Shown here piece after piece: positions 49,539 through 58,802 of a stretch of 64,000 bases of DNA. The translations under genes and the position numbers were made by a program. The stretch is from an uncultured Clostridium sp. (GTDB taxonomy: Bacteria > Bacillota > Clostridia > Clostridiales > Clostridiaceae). The stretch covers positions 4,560-68,559 of the forward strand of contig NZ_CAUPZS010000013.1 in NCBI RefSeq assembly GCF_963515715.1, in the 5' to 3' direction. Every line of letters begins with the position of its first letter. Position 1 is the stretch's first letter. The notes beneath the pieces are model-generated. The model had not been told where the DNA came from, did not search any database, and worked only from the letters and a program-made list of their open reading frames with translations.

Positions 49539-50293
49539 TAGTTACCCCCTCCTAGCATTGCAAGCACATCAATAATTTCCTGATAAAACTGCTGTCTGCT
49601 TTCCCCTCTATAGATCTCATTATATATAACTCCATCTTTTATAAATAAAATTCTACTGCAATAGCTGGCAGATAGAGGGTCATGGGTTACCATAATTGTA
49701 GTTACCCTTTCCTTTTCATTTATTTTTTCAAACAATTCCATTACTGTTTTAGCTGCTTTAGAATCCAGGTTACCAGTAGGTTCATCTGCCAACAATAAAG
49801 TAGGATTATGAATTAATCCCCGTGCCACTGCTGTTCTTTGAGCTTCTCCCCCAGATATTTCAAAGGTTCTCTTATTTAGCAAATCCTCTATTCCAAGTAT
49901 CTTGGATATTCTATTAAGTTCATGATCCTGCTTTTTAACCGGTATGCCATCTAGGGTAAGTGGAAGTACTATATTTTCTCCCACGGTTAAGGTATCAAGC
50001 AAATTGAAATCTTGAAATACAAAACCTAGTTCTCTCCTTCTAAATAGGGCAAGTTCATCCCCCTTAAGCTTTAAAGGATTTTTATCTTTTATAGTTATTT
50101 CTCCTGAGGTTGGTTTATCCACTGTCGAAATCATATTTAATAGTGTTGTCTTGCCGCTTCCTGATGGCCCCATAATCCCTAAGAATTCACCCTCTTCTAT
50201 AGAAAAGCTTATATTATTTAAGGCATTGAATAATACCTTAGTTCCATATACTTTGCTTAAATTATCTACCTCTAAAACTCCCATTTTGCTCAC
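49538..50293 (-). CDS. BceA-like ABC ATP-binding protein
   Basis: GPSGSGKTTLLN, FVFQDFNLLDTL, ADEPTGNLDS, VTHDPLSASYC. Confidence 0.88.
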   Translation of the reverse strand: MSKMGVLEVDNLSKVYGTKVLFNALNNISFSIEEGEFLGIMGPSGSGKTTLLNMISTVDKPTSGEITIKDKNPLKLKGDELALFRRRELGFVFQDFNLLDTLTVGENIVLPLTLDGIPVKKQDHELNRISKILGIEDLLNKRTFEISGGEAQRTAVARGLIHNPTLLLADEPTGNLDSKAAKTVMELFEKINEKERVTTIMVTHDPLSASYCSRILFIKDGVIYNEIYRGESRQQFYQEIIDVLAMLGGGN

Positions 50294-50298
50294 TCCTA

Positions 50299-51147
50299 CT
50301 ATGTTAAAGTTATAATCTTAGTTAATACTAATATTCCTAGTAAACTCCCTACTGCTATTCTATATAGTGCAAAGACTCTTAATGGTTTCTTCTTCAAAAA
50401 GTCTACAAACTTTTTCATAACTATTAAAGCTACTAAAAAAGCTACAACAAATCCTAAAACTAATGCAACCCATAGAGTTGGCGTCATTATGGAGTAGTCA
50501 AATTCAAATAAGTCCTTTCCAGAAGAACCTATCATTGCTGGAATAGCTATGAAAAATGAGAATTCTGCCGCTATGGGTGTAGATAATCCTGCAATCCATC
50601 CACCCATGATTGTAGAAGCACTTCTTGACATTCCCGGCCATAAAGCCAAAAGTTGTAACACCCCTACCTTAATCGCTTGCCCTGGTGTCATATTATCTAT
50701 GTCTTCTACCTTACGAGCCTTATTTCTATATATCTTCTCAAGTATTATTAATAATACTCCTCCAACTATAAAGCCAACTATAACAGCTTCAGGTATAAAT
50801 TTTGATTTTATTTTATCGTAGAACAACAATCCCACAACCCCCATGGGAATAGACGCTACAATAACATTTATTCCAAATCTAAAGCCTGTTTTTCCTGTTT
50901 TTCCTTTGGTAAATATAAAGCTAAAGAATTCAACTATACTCTCCCAAATCTTTTTCCAATACAAAACAACTACTGCCATTATGGCTCCAAGCTGAATTAC
51001 AACTTCAAACATCTTGGCAAATTCTCCATGGAAGCCAATTGCCCATCCTACTAATATCATGTGACCTGTAGAAGATACCGGTATAAATTCAGTTAAACCC
51101 TCTACTATAGCAATTATAATAGCCTTTAATATAAAAATTATATCCAT
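50299..51147 (-). CDS. uppP: Undecaprenyl-diphosphate phosphatase (bacitracin resistance)
   Basis: VEGLTEFIPVSSTGH, IQLGA, PGMSRS, AEFSFF. Confidence 0.93.
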   Translation of the reverse strand: MDIIFILKAIIIAIVEGLTEFIPVSSTGHMILVGWAIGFHGEFAKMFEVVIQLGAIMAVVVLYWKKIWESIVEFFSFIFTKGKTGKTGFRFGINVIVASIPMGVVGLLFYDKIKSKFIPEAVIVGFIVGGVLLIILEKIYRNKARKVEDIDNMTPGQAIKVGVLQLLALWPGMSRSASTIMGGWIAGLSTPIAAEFSFFIAIPAMIGSSGKDLFEFDYSIMTPTLWVALVLGFVVAFLVALIVMKKFVDFLKKKPLRVFALYRIAVGSLLGILVLTKIITLT

Positions 51148-51218
51148 TATATATCACTCTCCTTAAAACTCATAACAATAGTTTATAATAATAATGCATA
51201 TACTGCTATCTAAGAAGC

Positions 51219-51243
51219 TTACGGGAATGTGACATGCATGTAA
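51219..51243. promoter_or_regulatory. BceR-type response regulator binding site
   Basis: TTACG-GGAA-TGTGA overlapping TGACA-TGCA-TGTAA, fitting TNACA-N4-TGTAA, upstream of uppP-bceAB. Confidence 0.6.
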
Positions 51244-51277
51244 GATTTTACGCTGAAAAAGGCAAATAAATAGCTAC

Positions 51278-52267
51278 CTATTCATTTGCCTTTCTAAATT
51301 TCATTGTAACCATGGTTCCCTCATCAACAGTAGATTCTATCTCTACTTGATGCCCCAAATTTTTAGACACTTCCTTAGTTATATATAATCCCATACCGGT
51401 AGACTCTCCATATTTACGTCCATTTTCTCCTGTAAAGAAAGGGTCAAATACCCTTTTTATATCTTTTGCAGGAATTCCTGTTCCTTTATCAATGACATTC
51501 AATCTAATCTCTTTTTCATTTTCAGAGGCATTTATAATTAATTCTTTTCCTTTACCTTTAGAATATTTTACTCCATTAATAATGAGCTGCCCTAACATAA
51601 ACTTTAACCACTTAGCGTCACTATAAACTTCAATACTCTCATCTATCTCAATTCTTGGCATTATTTTATTTCTTATAAAAATCTTTTTTTCTTCATTTAC
51701 AACATCCCGAGTAAGCTTTTTTAAAGAAATTCTTTCTACTAAAAAATCCTTTTGGAAAGAATCTAGTCTAGCGAAATATAGCACCATTCTTAAACCTTCT
51801 TTTAGCTTATTAACCTCATCTTGCATGTTATCATATTTCTCTTCCCCTTCAAATTCTTGAAGCATCAGCTGTATTGCTGAAAGAGGGGTCTTCATTTGAT
51901 GCACCCACTGATTTATAAACCTTAAATGTTCTTTATGAAGTTTATCTCCTTTTTGAATTTGAGCTTCATATAAGCTGTGCAAATCTTTTAATACCTGTGA
52001 AATACTCTGGCTTAAATCTGAAGTGCCAAAGTCTAAAAAAACATCATTTAAATCAGTTACCCCCTCATCTAGCAATCGATATAATTGTCTATTTTGATAA
52101 TACCTAAAAGCTAGAAAGCACAACAAAATGAAGGTATTAAACATAAGTATATAAATAGTCTCATTAAGTCCTATAAATCCATTAAGATTAGAATATATTA
52201 TTGTAAGGGCTAAGCTTAAAAAATATATAGTTATATACCCTTTGTTATGCTTCAAAAACAATTTCAT
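51278..52267 (-). CDS. BceS-like intramembrane-sensing histidine kinase
   Basis: Two short N-terminal TM segments; WVHQMKTPL H-box; NGVKYS, FDPFFTG, GMGLY. Confidence 0.9.
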   Translation of the reverse strand: MKLFLKHNKGYITIYFLSLALTIIYSNLNGFIGLNETIYILMFNTFILLCFLAFRYYQNRQLYRLLDEGVTDLNDVFLDFGTSDLSQSISQVLKDLHSLYEAQIQKGDKLHKEHLRFINQWVHQMKTPLSAIQLMLQEFEGEEKYDNMQDEVNKLKEGLRMVLYFARLDSFQKDFLVERISLKKLTRDVVNEEKKIFIRNKIMPRIEIDESIEVYSDAKWLKFMLGQLIINGVKYSKGKGKELIINASENEKEIRLNVIDKGTGIPAKDIKRVFDPFFTGENGRKYGESTGMGLYITKEVSKNLGHQVEIESTVDEGTMVTMKFRKANE

Positions 52268-52279
52268 ACTTACTCCTTA

Positions 52280-52972
52280 CTACCAGGTTTTATTTAATCT
52301 ATAACCTGACCCTCTTATGGTTTCTATGCCCTTATCTATTCCTAAAGCCTGTAGTCTTTTCCGTACTCTACTGATATTAACACTTAAAGTATTCTCCTCT
52401 ACGAACTCCAAATCATCCCATATCTTTTCTAAAAGCAAATCTCTTCCTACAACTTTAGGATATTTGTTCATAAGACATTCCAACAGTATACCTTCTCTTT
52501 TAGTTATAATTAATTTCTCGTTTTTAAATTCTACTTCTGATCTTTCTGGATAAAACTTAAGACCGTCAATTTCAACGATTCTTTCCTCTGATTTAGCTGC
52601 GTAGTCACCGAAGGCTCTTCTTATCTGACTCTTTATCTTAGCAATAACCACATCATAATAAAAAGGTTTAGTTATATAATCATCTGCTCCGCTTTCTAAA
52701 GCCATCACTTGATCCATTCCGCTGTCCCTTGCTGATATAAATATTATAGGAATTTTTGATTGTTGTCTTATTTTTCTGCACCAATAAAACCCATCAAATT
52801 TAGGCAAATTAACATCCAATAGTACTAAGTTTGGTTCAAACTCATTAAAGCCAATCATTATATCATCAAAATTATTTGCTGTCCTAGCCTCAAAACCATA
52901 CTTATCTATATATTCCTGTAATAAAGTACTTATTGATGAATCATCTTCTACAATATATATTTTGTATTTCAT
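52280..52972 (-). CDS. BceR-like OmpR-family response regulator
   Basis: IVEDD, LDVNLPKFDGFYWC, GADDYITKPF, TIRGSGY. Confidence 0.92.
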   Translation of the reverse strand: MKYKIYIVEDDSSISTLLQEYIDKYGFEARTANNFDDIMIGFNEFEPNLVLLDVNLPKFDGFYWCRKIRQQSKIPIIFISARDSGMDQVMALESGADDYITKPFYYDVVIAKIKSQIRRAFGDYAAKSEERIVEIDGLKFYPERSEVEFKNEKLIITKREGILLECLMNKYPKVVGRDLLLEKIWDDLEFVEENTLSVNISRVRKRLQALGIDKGIETIRGSGYRLNKTW

Positions 52973-53289
52973 TTTAATATCCTCCTAATCTATGTTGTAA
53001 TCAGGATACATTATTGACTTAATTATACTATTTACCTTTGAATTTTTAAACTGGGTAAATTTAATCACCTGAATATCATATTCTTTTCTGTTTACATGTT
53101 GCATTTGCCTTTTATTTAATAATTCGATTAAGAACTTACATGATTTAGTTTCCCTTATCCAAAGAAAAATAAAGAAATAGTTTACTTTATTAAGTAAAAC
53201 TATTTCTTATCCAAAATCATGATATTAATTTTATAGGAATTGTTTTATAATTATGTCCTTACATAACACTTTAATAAAGTAAATATACA

Positions 53290-53940
53290 TTACTTTACAT
53301 TGATTTTATAGTATTTATACAATTTATTTATATCCGAACTAGACAATATATCTATGCTATTTTTAATATGATTTTCTTCCCAATCCCACCATTTCATTTC
53401 AAGTAGCATATCTATCTTATCTTTATCAAATCTTTCTTTTATATATTTTGCAGGGTTTCCTCCTACAACAGTATAAGGAGCTACATTTTTTGTAACTACT
53501 GATTTAGATGCAATTATTGCACCATCACCAACTGTAATTCCTGGCATAATCATAGCTTCTGTACCAATCCATACGTCATTACCTATAATTGTATCTCCTT
53601 TGGGCTTATATGAATCTAGTAACTTATCTTTAAATGGATATACAGTTATCCAATCAGGGTTATGATTGTTATTTCCACCCATCATAAATATTACTCCACT
53701 AGCAATACAACAATACTTGCCTATTTTTATTCTATCTAAAGTCCACCCATAGTCTTCTATAGGATTATACATTTCCTTAGATTTTTCATCTCCCCATATA
53801 TATCTCACACATATATCTTGAAAATCTCCACCTGCATAATATCCTGAATAATATGTGTATTCCCCAACTTCAATTAATGGATTTTTTACTGTATCCTTTA
53901 AATATTTTATTTCTGTCCAATGATTAAATGTATTATTCAT
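53290..53940 (-). CDS. CatB/Vat-family xenobiotic O-acetyltransferase
   Basis: IEVGEYTYYSG, IGKYCCIASG..MGGN..H..WITVYPF, GDTIIGNDVWIG hexapeptide repeats, KWWDW. Confidence 0.88.
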   Translation of the reverse strand: MNNTFNHWTEIKYLKDTVKNPLIEVGEYTYYSGYYAGGDFQDICVRYIWGDEKSKEMYNPIEDYGWTLDRIKIGKYCCIASGVIFMMGGNNNHNPDWITVYPFKDKLLDSYKPKGDTIIGNDVWIGTEAMIMPGITVGDGAIIASKSVVTKNVAPYTVVGGNPAKYIKERFDKDKIDMLLEMKWWDWEENHIKNSIDILSSSDINKLYKYYKINVK

Positions 53941-53948
53941 CTTATCCT

Positions 53949-53984
53949 CCTAAGTTTAAGTTTTTGAATATCACTTAACTTAGG
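53949..53984 (-). promoter_or_regulatory. RBS-sequestering hairpin (translational attenuator)
   Basis: Minus strand CCUAAGUUAAGU...ACUUAAACUUAGG; the 3' arm includes the AGG of the AGGAGG RBS. Confidence 0.7.
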
Positions 53985-54026
53985 TCACACTGCCACATTC
54001 CTAAACTTTTTAATTCTCTTCATCAT
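53985..54026 (-). CDS. Putative leader peptide MMKRIKKFRNVAV
   Basis: AAGGAAG RBS, 13 codons, TGA stop abutting the attenuator hairpin. Confidence 0.6.
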   Translation of the reverse strand: MMKRIKKFRNVAV

Positions 54027-54271
54027 TTTAAGATACTTCCTTAAATTTTATTATTTATTATCTTCTGAATGGATGTGTATTCATATAACAAAAGATATTA
54101 CTATAATAGTATGATATATTTTTTTATAGATTTCAACAGTTGAAATGAATCATATTTTACTGGTACACTTCCATATCCCAAAACACAACCACCTGCACGC
54201 AGCTATTTTAGCTATGCAAAGTGTTGTAATGAATTCATATAATAACTACAATTAATTTTCTATTGAATTAT

Positions 54272-55582
54272 CTACTCTGTTATATCTTCTAATTTTATAT
54301 CTATTAACTCTTTTGTATTAGGTAAATATTTAATCTTCACGACGTCTCCCTCATAACAATTTTGGAGAATATAATTATAGAATTTATCATCGCTAAATAA
54401 TTCAAAACTATTATTACTTATTTCCATTTCTATGTACTCATAATCATTTTTACTTACAATATCAATATATTCAATAGTAGTAACTTCTTCAACATAACCT
54501 TTTGACACCACATAAGGTAAGTCTTTGATGGTTGCCGTTAAAGTTGATGAATATGGCTGTTCATAAAAAATCCAACCTATGGGATGTAGTATTATTAAAG
54601 CTATTAACATAGTCTTCAAATATTTTTTAGATTTAATCATATAGTTAATCAATAATAATACGATATTAATAATAAGCACATCTAAAAGAATACTTCCCAT
54701 AACATTATCCAAATAATTCCAATATGTATAACTTCTTAATGCTGCATATCCTAGGGTTTTCCATAAACGCACCGCAAAAATAGGTCCAAGAATTGCTAAA
54801 ACATATTTATTTTTTAATATATTTTTTGCATCTATAAATAAAAATAGTAAATTTCTCATAACAACTGAATCTCTAACTTTTAGCCATACTCTATCTTTAA
54901 GGCTTATTTTTTCATCAGTTACATTTGTGTTGATAAATCCCTCATATTCAACATTCATATATTTGTCTTGAAGCTCTTTTATTTTTTTCTTAACTATCGG
55001 CGTAAGTTTTTTATCACCATTTAATAAACCATTAATTATAAGCTTTGCTTCCTCTTCTTTTCCTATATTAAAATATATCTCAGCTTTCAATATATTACAA
55101 AACATATCATCCTTTTTATCATGGCCATCTTCTAAAAGAGCTTTATTACTTTCTTCGTATAAGCCTTTGAAATTATTATAATTCATTCTCGTATGCCTAT
55201 AAATTTCAGTGCATTTTTCCTTTACTTCTTCTCGCAAACTTTGCGATTCCTCCCAAATTCTATCAACCATAATCTCATTACCAGTAGCAATATAGTGATC
55301 TATTGAATAATAAAAGTATATATATTTTATAGAATCATCTAAATCATCAATATCAAAAGACTTCATTGTTTCCAGTATTTCTTCTGCCTTGTCCAATTGA
55401 TTGTTTAAATAATACCCAATATATAAATTTAAGATGGCTGATATTTTAAATGTTTCATCTTTTATTTTACTTACAGCTTTTTGTTGCTCTTCTATGAATT
55501 TTTCATAATCATTAAATTTTGATAGTATGTACAGTCTTCTTCTTTCATTCCACTTATAATATATAAATTTAAAAATCCCCAT
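54272..55582 (-). CDS. Hypothetical TPR-like protein with C-terminal TM segments
   Basis: Helical TPR-like N-terminal region (KAEIYFNIGKEEEAK), three hydrophobic segments. Confidence 0.6.
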   Translation of the reverse strand: MGIFKFIYYKWNERRRLYILSKFNDYEKFIEEQQKAVSKIKDETFKISAILNLYIGYYLNNQLDKAEEILETMKSFDIDDLDDSIKYIYFYYSIDHYIATGNEIMVDRIWEESQSLREEVKEKCTEIYRHTRMNYNNFKGLYEESNKALLEDGHDKKDDMFCNILKAEIYFNIGKEEEAKLIINGLLNGDKKLTPIVKKKIKELQDKYMNVEYEGFINTNVTDEKISLKDRVWLKVRDSVVMRNLLFLFIDAKNILKNKYVLAILGPIFAVRLWKTLGYAALRSYTYWNYLDNVMGSILLDVLIINIVLLLINYMIKSKKYLKTMLIALIILHPIGWIFYEQPYSSTLTATIKDLPYVVSKGYVEEVTTIEYIDIVSKNDYEYIEMEISNNSFELFSDDKFYNYILQNCYEGDVVKIKYLPNTKELIDIKLEDITE

Positions 55583-56253
55583 TTTTCCCCCTAAATTTTA
55601 AATTTCTTTAGTTCTTTCTTTTAAATCTTTATCTTCTAGATATTGACTTTAATGCTACCACTAATCTTTTTATTATCGTAATATGGGGCATAATCTTGAT
55701 AATTTGACTATAAGCGCTTATTTTAAAAGCTTTACTTTTCCTTTAAAATCCAGACAATGCTTATTTAGCATTGTCATAGATCTTATGGTGAAAGAGAAAC
55801 ATGAACTTCCTAAATCCAAAATATATCTTTGAATACTATTATTAAATTTTTATGCACTTTCATGTTGGAACTTTTCAATATTTTGATATTAAAATTTATA
55901 GATTTAAATTATTTTATACGGCTCCACTTTGATTTTACTTGTAATATATCATCTACAATTTTTATATCAAGGGTTATTCTTTTATCATCTAAGTACTTTT
56001 CTTCATTACCAATATTTTTATATAGTGTAAATAAAATTAAATATAATCCACCTTATTATTTACAATGATATATTGTTTCAAAAAATAATAGGACTATCTC
56101 ATTCTAAAAATCACTTTTTATTTTGAGACGATCCCTTTATGTATCTTTATTAATTTTATATTAATCTAAACTACGTGTCCTATAATGCTAATTTCAATAA
56201 AGTCCATATTGCTTATTTACGGTTCATTATAAACAATTCTTAAATAATAAATA

Positions 56254-56305
56254 AATCCATCTTTAGTCTATTAACTAGTTTTTTAAGTTTTAATTTCCTT
56301 AATTA
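56254..56305. repeat. ~50-bp direct repeat, left copy
   Basis: AATCCATCTTTAGTCTATTAACTAGTTTTTTAAGTTTTAATTTCCTTAATTA; near-identical to 58052-58102. Confidence 0.75.
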
Positions 56306-56324
56306 TGATAAATAAATTTCTAAG

Positions 56325-56783
56325 TTATTTATTTGGCTCAGAATCCCATCCACTTAAATTACTATTTCCACTAAAGACAAGTTCGTTATCGCTTAAATAA
56401 TATACATCTTCATCTGGATAGTATGCTACGTCCCCTTGTTCTTTGGTGCCAATATCAAGAATTTCTAAGGTTTCATCTCCTGTATTTATAAATTGATGTG
56501 CTATGCCTTTTCCTGCAGGCTTGGCAACAAAATCTCCCTTTTTTATTAAATATTCTTTGCCATCAATCCTCAAAGTTCCATATCCACTGAGAACCATGAA
56601 AAATTCTTCTTGTTTTGTGTGACTATGATATTTAGCACTTTTAGAACCTGGTAATATTCTATCAATATTTACATAAATCTTCTCGCTACCTGTTGCTTTA
56701 CCCAAATAAGAAGTATTAGCTTTGCCTAAAAAGTCTATTACGTATTCATTAGGAAAGTTGTTAATATTTAATATATTAATCAT
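56325..56783 (-). CDS. Cupin-domain protein (COG3837-like)
   Basis: PGSKSAKYHSHTKQEEFFMVLSG, GIAHQFIN, AYYPD. Confidence 0.85.
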   Translation of the reverse strand: MINILNINNFPNEYVIDFLGKANTSYLGKATGSEKIYVNIDRILPGSKSAKYHSHTKQEEFFMVLSGYGTLRIDGKEYLIKKGDFVAKPAGKGIAHQFINTGDETLEILDIGTKEQGDVAYYPDEDVYYLSDNELVFSGNSNLSGWDSEPNK

Positions 56784-56824
56784 ATCTAAAACTATCTCCT
56801 TTAACTATTATTGTATCTATTTTA

Positions 56825-56871
56825 GAACGTATGTTCCAATCAATTTTACCAAATATGTATTTATACGTCAA
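56825..56871 (-). promoter_or_regulatory. SigA promoter with LexA (SOS) box
   Basis: TTGACG-17bp-TAAAAT with TG extension; GAAC-GTAT-GTTC at 56825-56836 just downstream of -10. Confidence 0.65.
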
Positions 56872-57079
56872 TGTATAAATACTAATTCTATTATGTTCTT
56901 CCTCAATAGCCATTACATCTTTATGATATATATAATAATTTCATATTGATATTTCTTATGATATGCAATTCCAAAATCTTTAAGATATTCATCTTCAAGT
57001 TCATCGCAGTATTCATCTTTTGCGATAATATTTCTTCTTTCTCCTTATCCTTTTAGAATTAAAATTATTTTTAAAATAA

Positions 57080-57988
57080 TCAATCGAAAAATTTAGAGAC
57101 TCTAATTATTTCTTCAGTAGAAGTCAGCGTCGCTTCGGCAATACTCTTGATGCTGTTGGCTAAGTATTGCTTAATCAAGTGGTAACCAATAGTATAACCT
57201 GCATTCGGCGATAAACCAACTGGACTGTACCCTTGTTTTTTAGCGACCTCATCGCCAAACATATAAGCTGATACTTCTCCAAAACCTTTAGTCTTTCGTC
57301 CTTCTTTTATCACTTCCATTGAGTACTCCATCTCTTCTTCATCAAAATCTTCAATCCAAGGTCCTATCAATTCTTTCCCATACATTTCTTCAGCAAAACA
57401 TTCAGCTAAGCCTTCCAATACCAAATATTCTTCTACAGTCACGTCGCCATGATTAAATGGTTCAAATGTAAAACGAACATTATGATTAAACTCGTGAGCT
57501 AAAGCGGATTTTAATCGTTTCTTATTAAAGTCATTAGGAACAACCATTAGCATAATATATCCCGGTATTCCACCAAAACCTGAATACCCTTTATTTACTT
57601 CCATTTCTTGACTATCTTCATCCCCTAAAAGAATGTTTACGTTGATTTCCTCTAGTGGAATAGAATAACCTATCTTTTCAAATTCATCAATTCCTTTTGA
57701 TATCACTTCCTGATATTCTTCGAAAATTCTAGATTCTATAAGCTCTGGTAAATTGTCCTTTACTTGTTGAATAGATTTTCTTGGAGTCCAAATCCCTAAC
57801 ATTTCCGATGCCATAACAACATCGTATCCATTAGGTTCTGCTGCTTTTAACGGTACATTTAGATAATCCCACATTGTTTTCATTGGTTGCATTAATTCAT
57901 ATCGGAATGAATTCTCACTAACTTTTCCTAATAAACACTTATCATAGAAATCTAAGCTATTGATTAAATTGATTCTTACTTTTTCCAT
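57080..57988 (-). CDS. DUF2268 (YjaZ-like) putative Zn-dependent protease
   Basis: GFGGIPGYI, AHEFNH (HExxH), LEGLAECF, GYTIGY. Confidence 0.82.
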   Translation of the reverse strand: MEKVRINLINSLDFYDKCLLGKVSENSFRYELMQPMKTMWDYLNVPLKAAEPNGYDVVMASEMLGIWTPRKSIQQVKDNLPELIESRIFEEYQEVISKGIDEFEKIGYSIPLEEINVNILLGDEDSQEMEVNKGYSGFGGIPGYIMLMVVPNDFNKKRLKSALAHEFNHNVRFTFEPFNHGDVTVEEYLVLEGLAECFAEEMYGKELIGPWIEDFDEEEMEYSMEVIKEGRKTKGFGEVSAYMFGDEVAKKQGYSPVGLSPNAGYTIGYHLIKQYLANSIKSIAEATLTSTEEIIRVSKFFD

Positions 57989-58009
57989 ATTATCTCCCCC
58001 TTATCTAAC

Positions 58010-58040
58010 AGATTAATCTTTTACGCGGCGTCAATGTCAA
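58010..58040 (-). promoter_or_regulatory. MerR-type promoter with 19-bp spacer and dyad operator
   Basis: TTGACA (58040-58035), 19 bp spacer, TAATCT; spacer contains TTGACGC-C-GCGTAAA. Confidence 0.65.
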
Positions 58041-58051
58041 TCTTTTTTCCG

Positions 58052-58102
58052 AATCCATCTTTAGTTTATTAACCAGTTTTTAAGTTTTAATTTCCTAAAT
58101 TA
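58052..58102. repeat. ~50-bp direct repeat, right copy
   Basis: AATCCATCTTTAGTTTATTAACCAGTTTTTAAGTTTTAATTTCCTAAATTA. Confidence 0.75.
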
Positions 58103-58259
58103 CTAAATGTTTATATTTATTTTATACTTTTCTTTTTAATTATAATTATGTTATAATTACAATTAAAATACAGTTAAAAATCCATGATAAATTTCATGGA
58201 TTTGATTATAGGACAAGTTGCTGCAAATAAAGCTGTAATTTAATTAAATCTAAATATAG

Positions 58260-58673
58260 GTGGTATCAGATATGCAATATTTATATATATTTTTTATTTT
58301 CTCATTCACAGGAATCTTTTTTGATCTTTTAAGATTAATTATTATAAAGGTTCTGTCTTTTGAAGCGGAAGAAGTAACAATTTTTATGGGCCCAAAATTA
58401 TTCAGTACAACCATTGGAATTACTAAATTTAATCTAAAAGCAATCCCCGGTGGTTCATACATAAAACTAAAGGATACATTTATTGATGAAGCCAGTAGGT
58501 TTGAAAAAATATTAATAGCATATTTACCTCAAATTCTATTGCTTATAGCAGCTTTTTGTGTAATGTTCAATTCACAAAATTATGTTTATACTATGTCCAG
58601 TAAATTATTAATTATAGTAAATGGATTATCCTTAATTTTTTCAATTAAATCTAATAAATGTGATGTGTTTTAG
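58260..58673 (+). CDS. Membrane protein resembling the N-terminus of M50/RseP peptidases but lacking HExxH
   Basis: IFMGPKLFS..TKFNLKAIPGGSYIKL..FIDEASRFEKILI. Confidence 0.45.
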   Translation: MVSDMQYLYIFFIFSFTGIFFDLLRLIIIKVLSFEAEEVTIFMGPKLFSTTIGITKFNLKAIPGGSYIKLKDTFIDEASRFEKILIAYLPQILLLIAAFCVMFNSQNYVYTMSSKLLIIVNGLSLIFSIKSNKCDVF

Positions 58674-58802
58674 TGTGTTTAAGATAATTTGCTTTATTTA
58701 CGATAAGATTCATTTATAACAAAAAACCTCCTTGTGTTTAATGGAAGCGAGAAGCAACCATTAACAAGGAGGTTTTCTTAAGAAATTAGAGAGGAGATTA
58801 TT

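Noticed and set aside
55829..56068. 79-aa plus-strand ORF
   Set aside because: No RBS; the opposite strand looks more like a decayed gene fragment, itself unassignable
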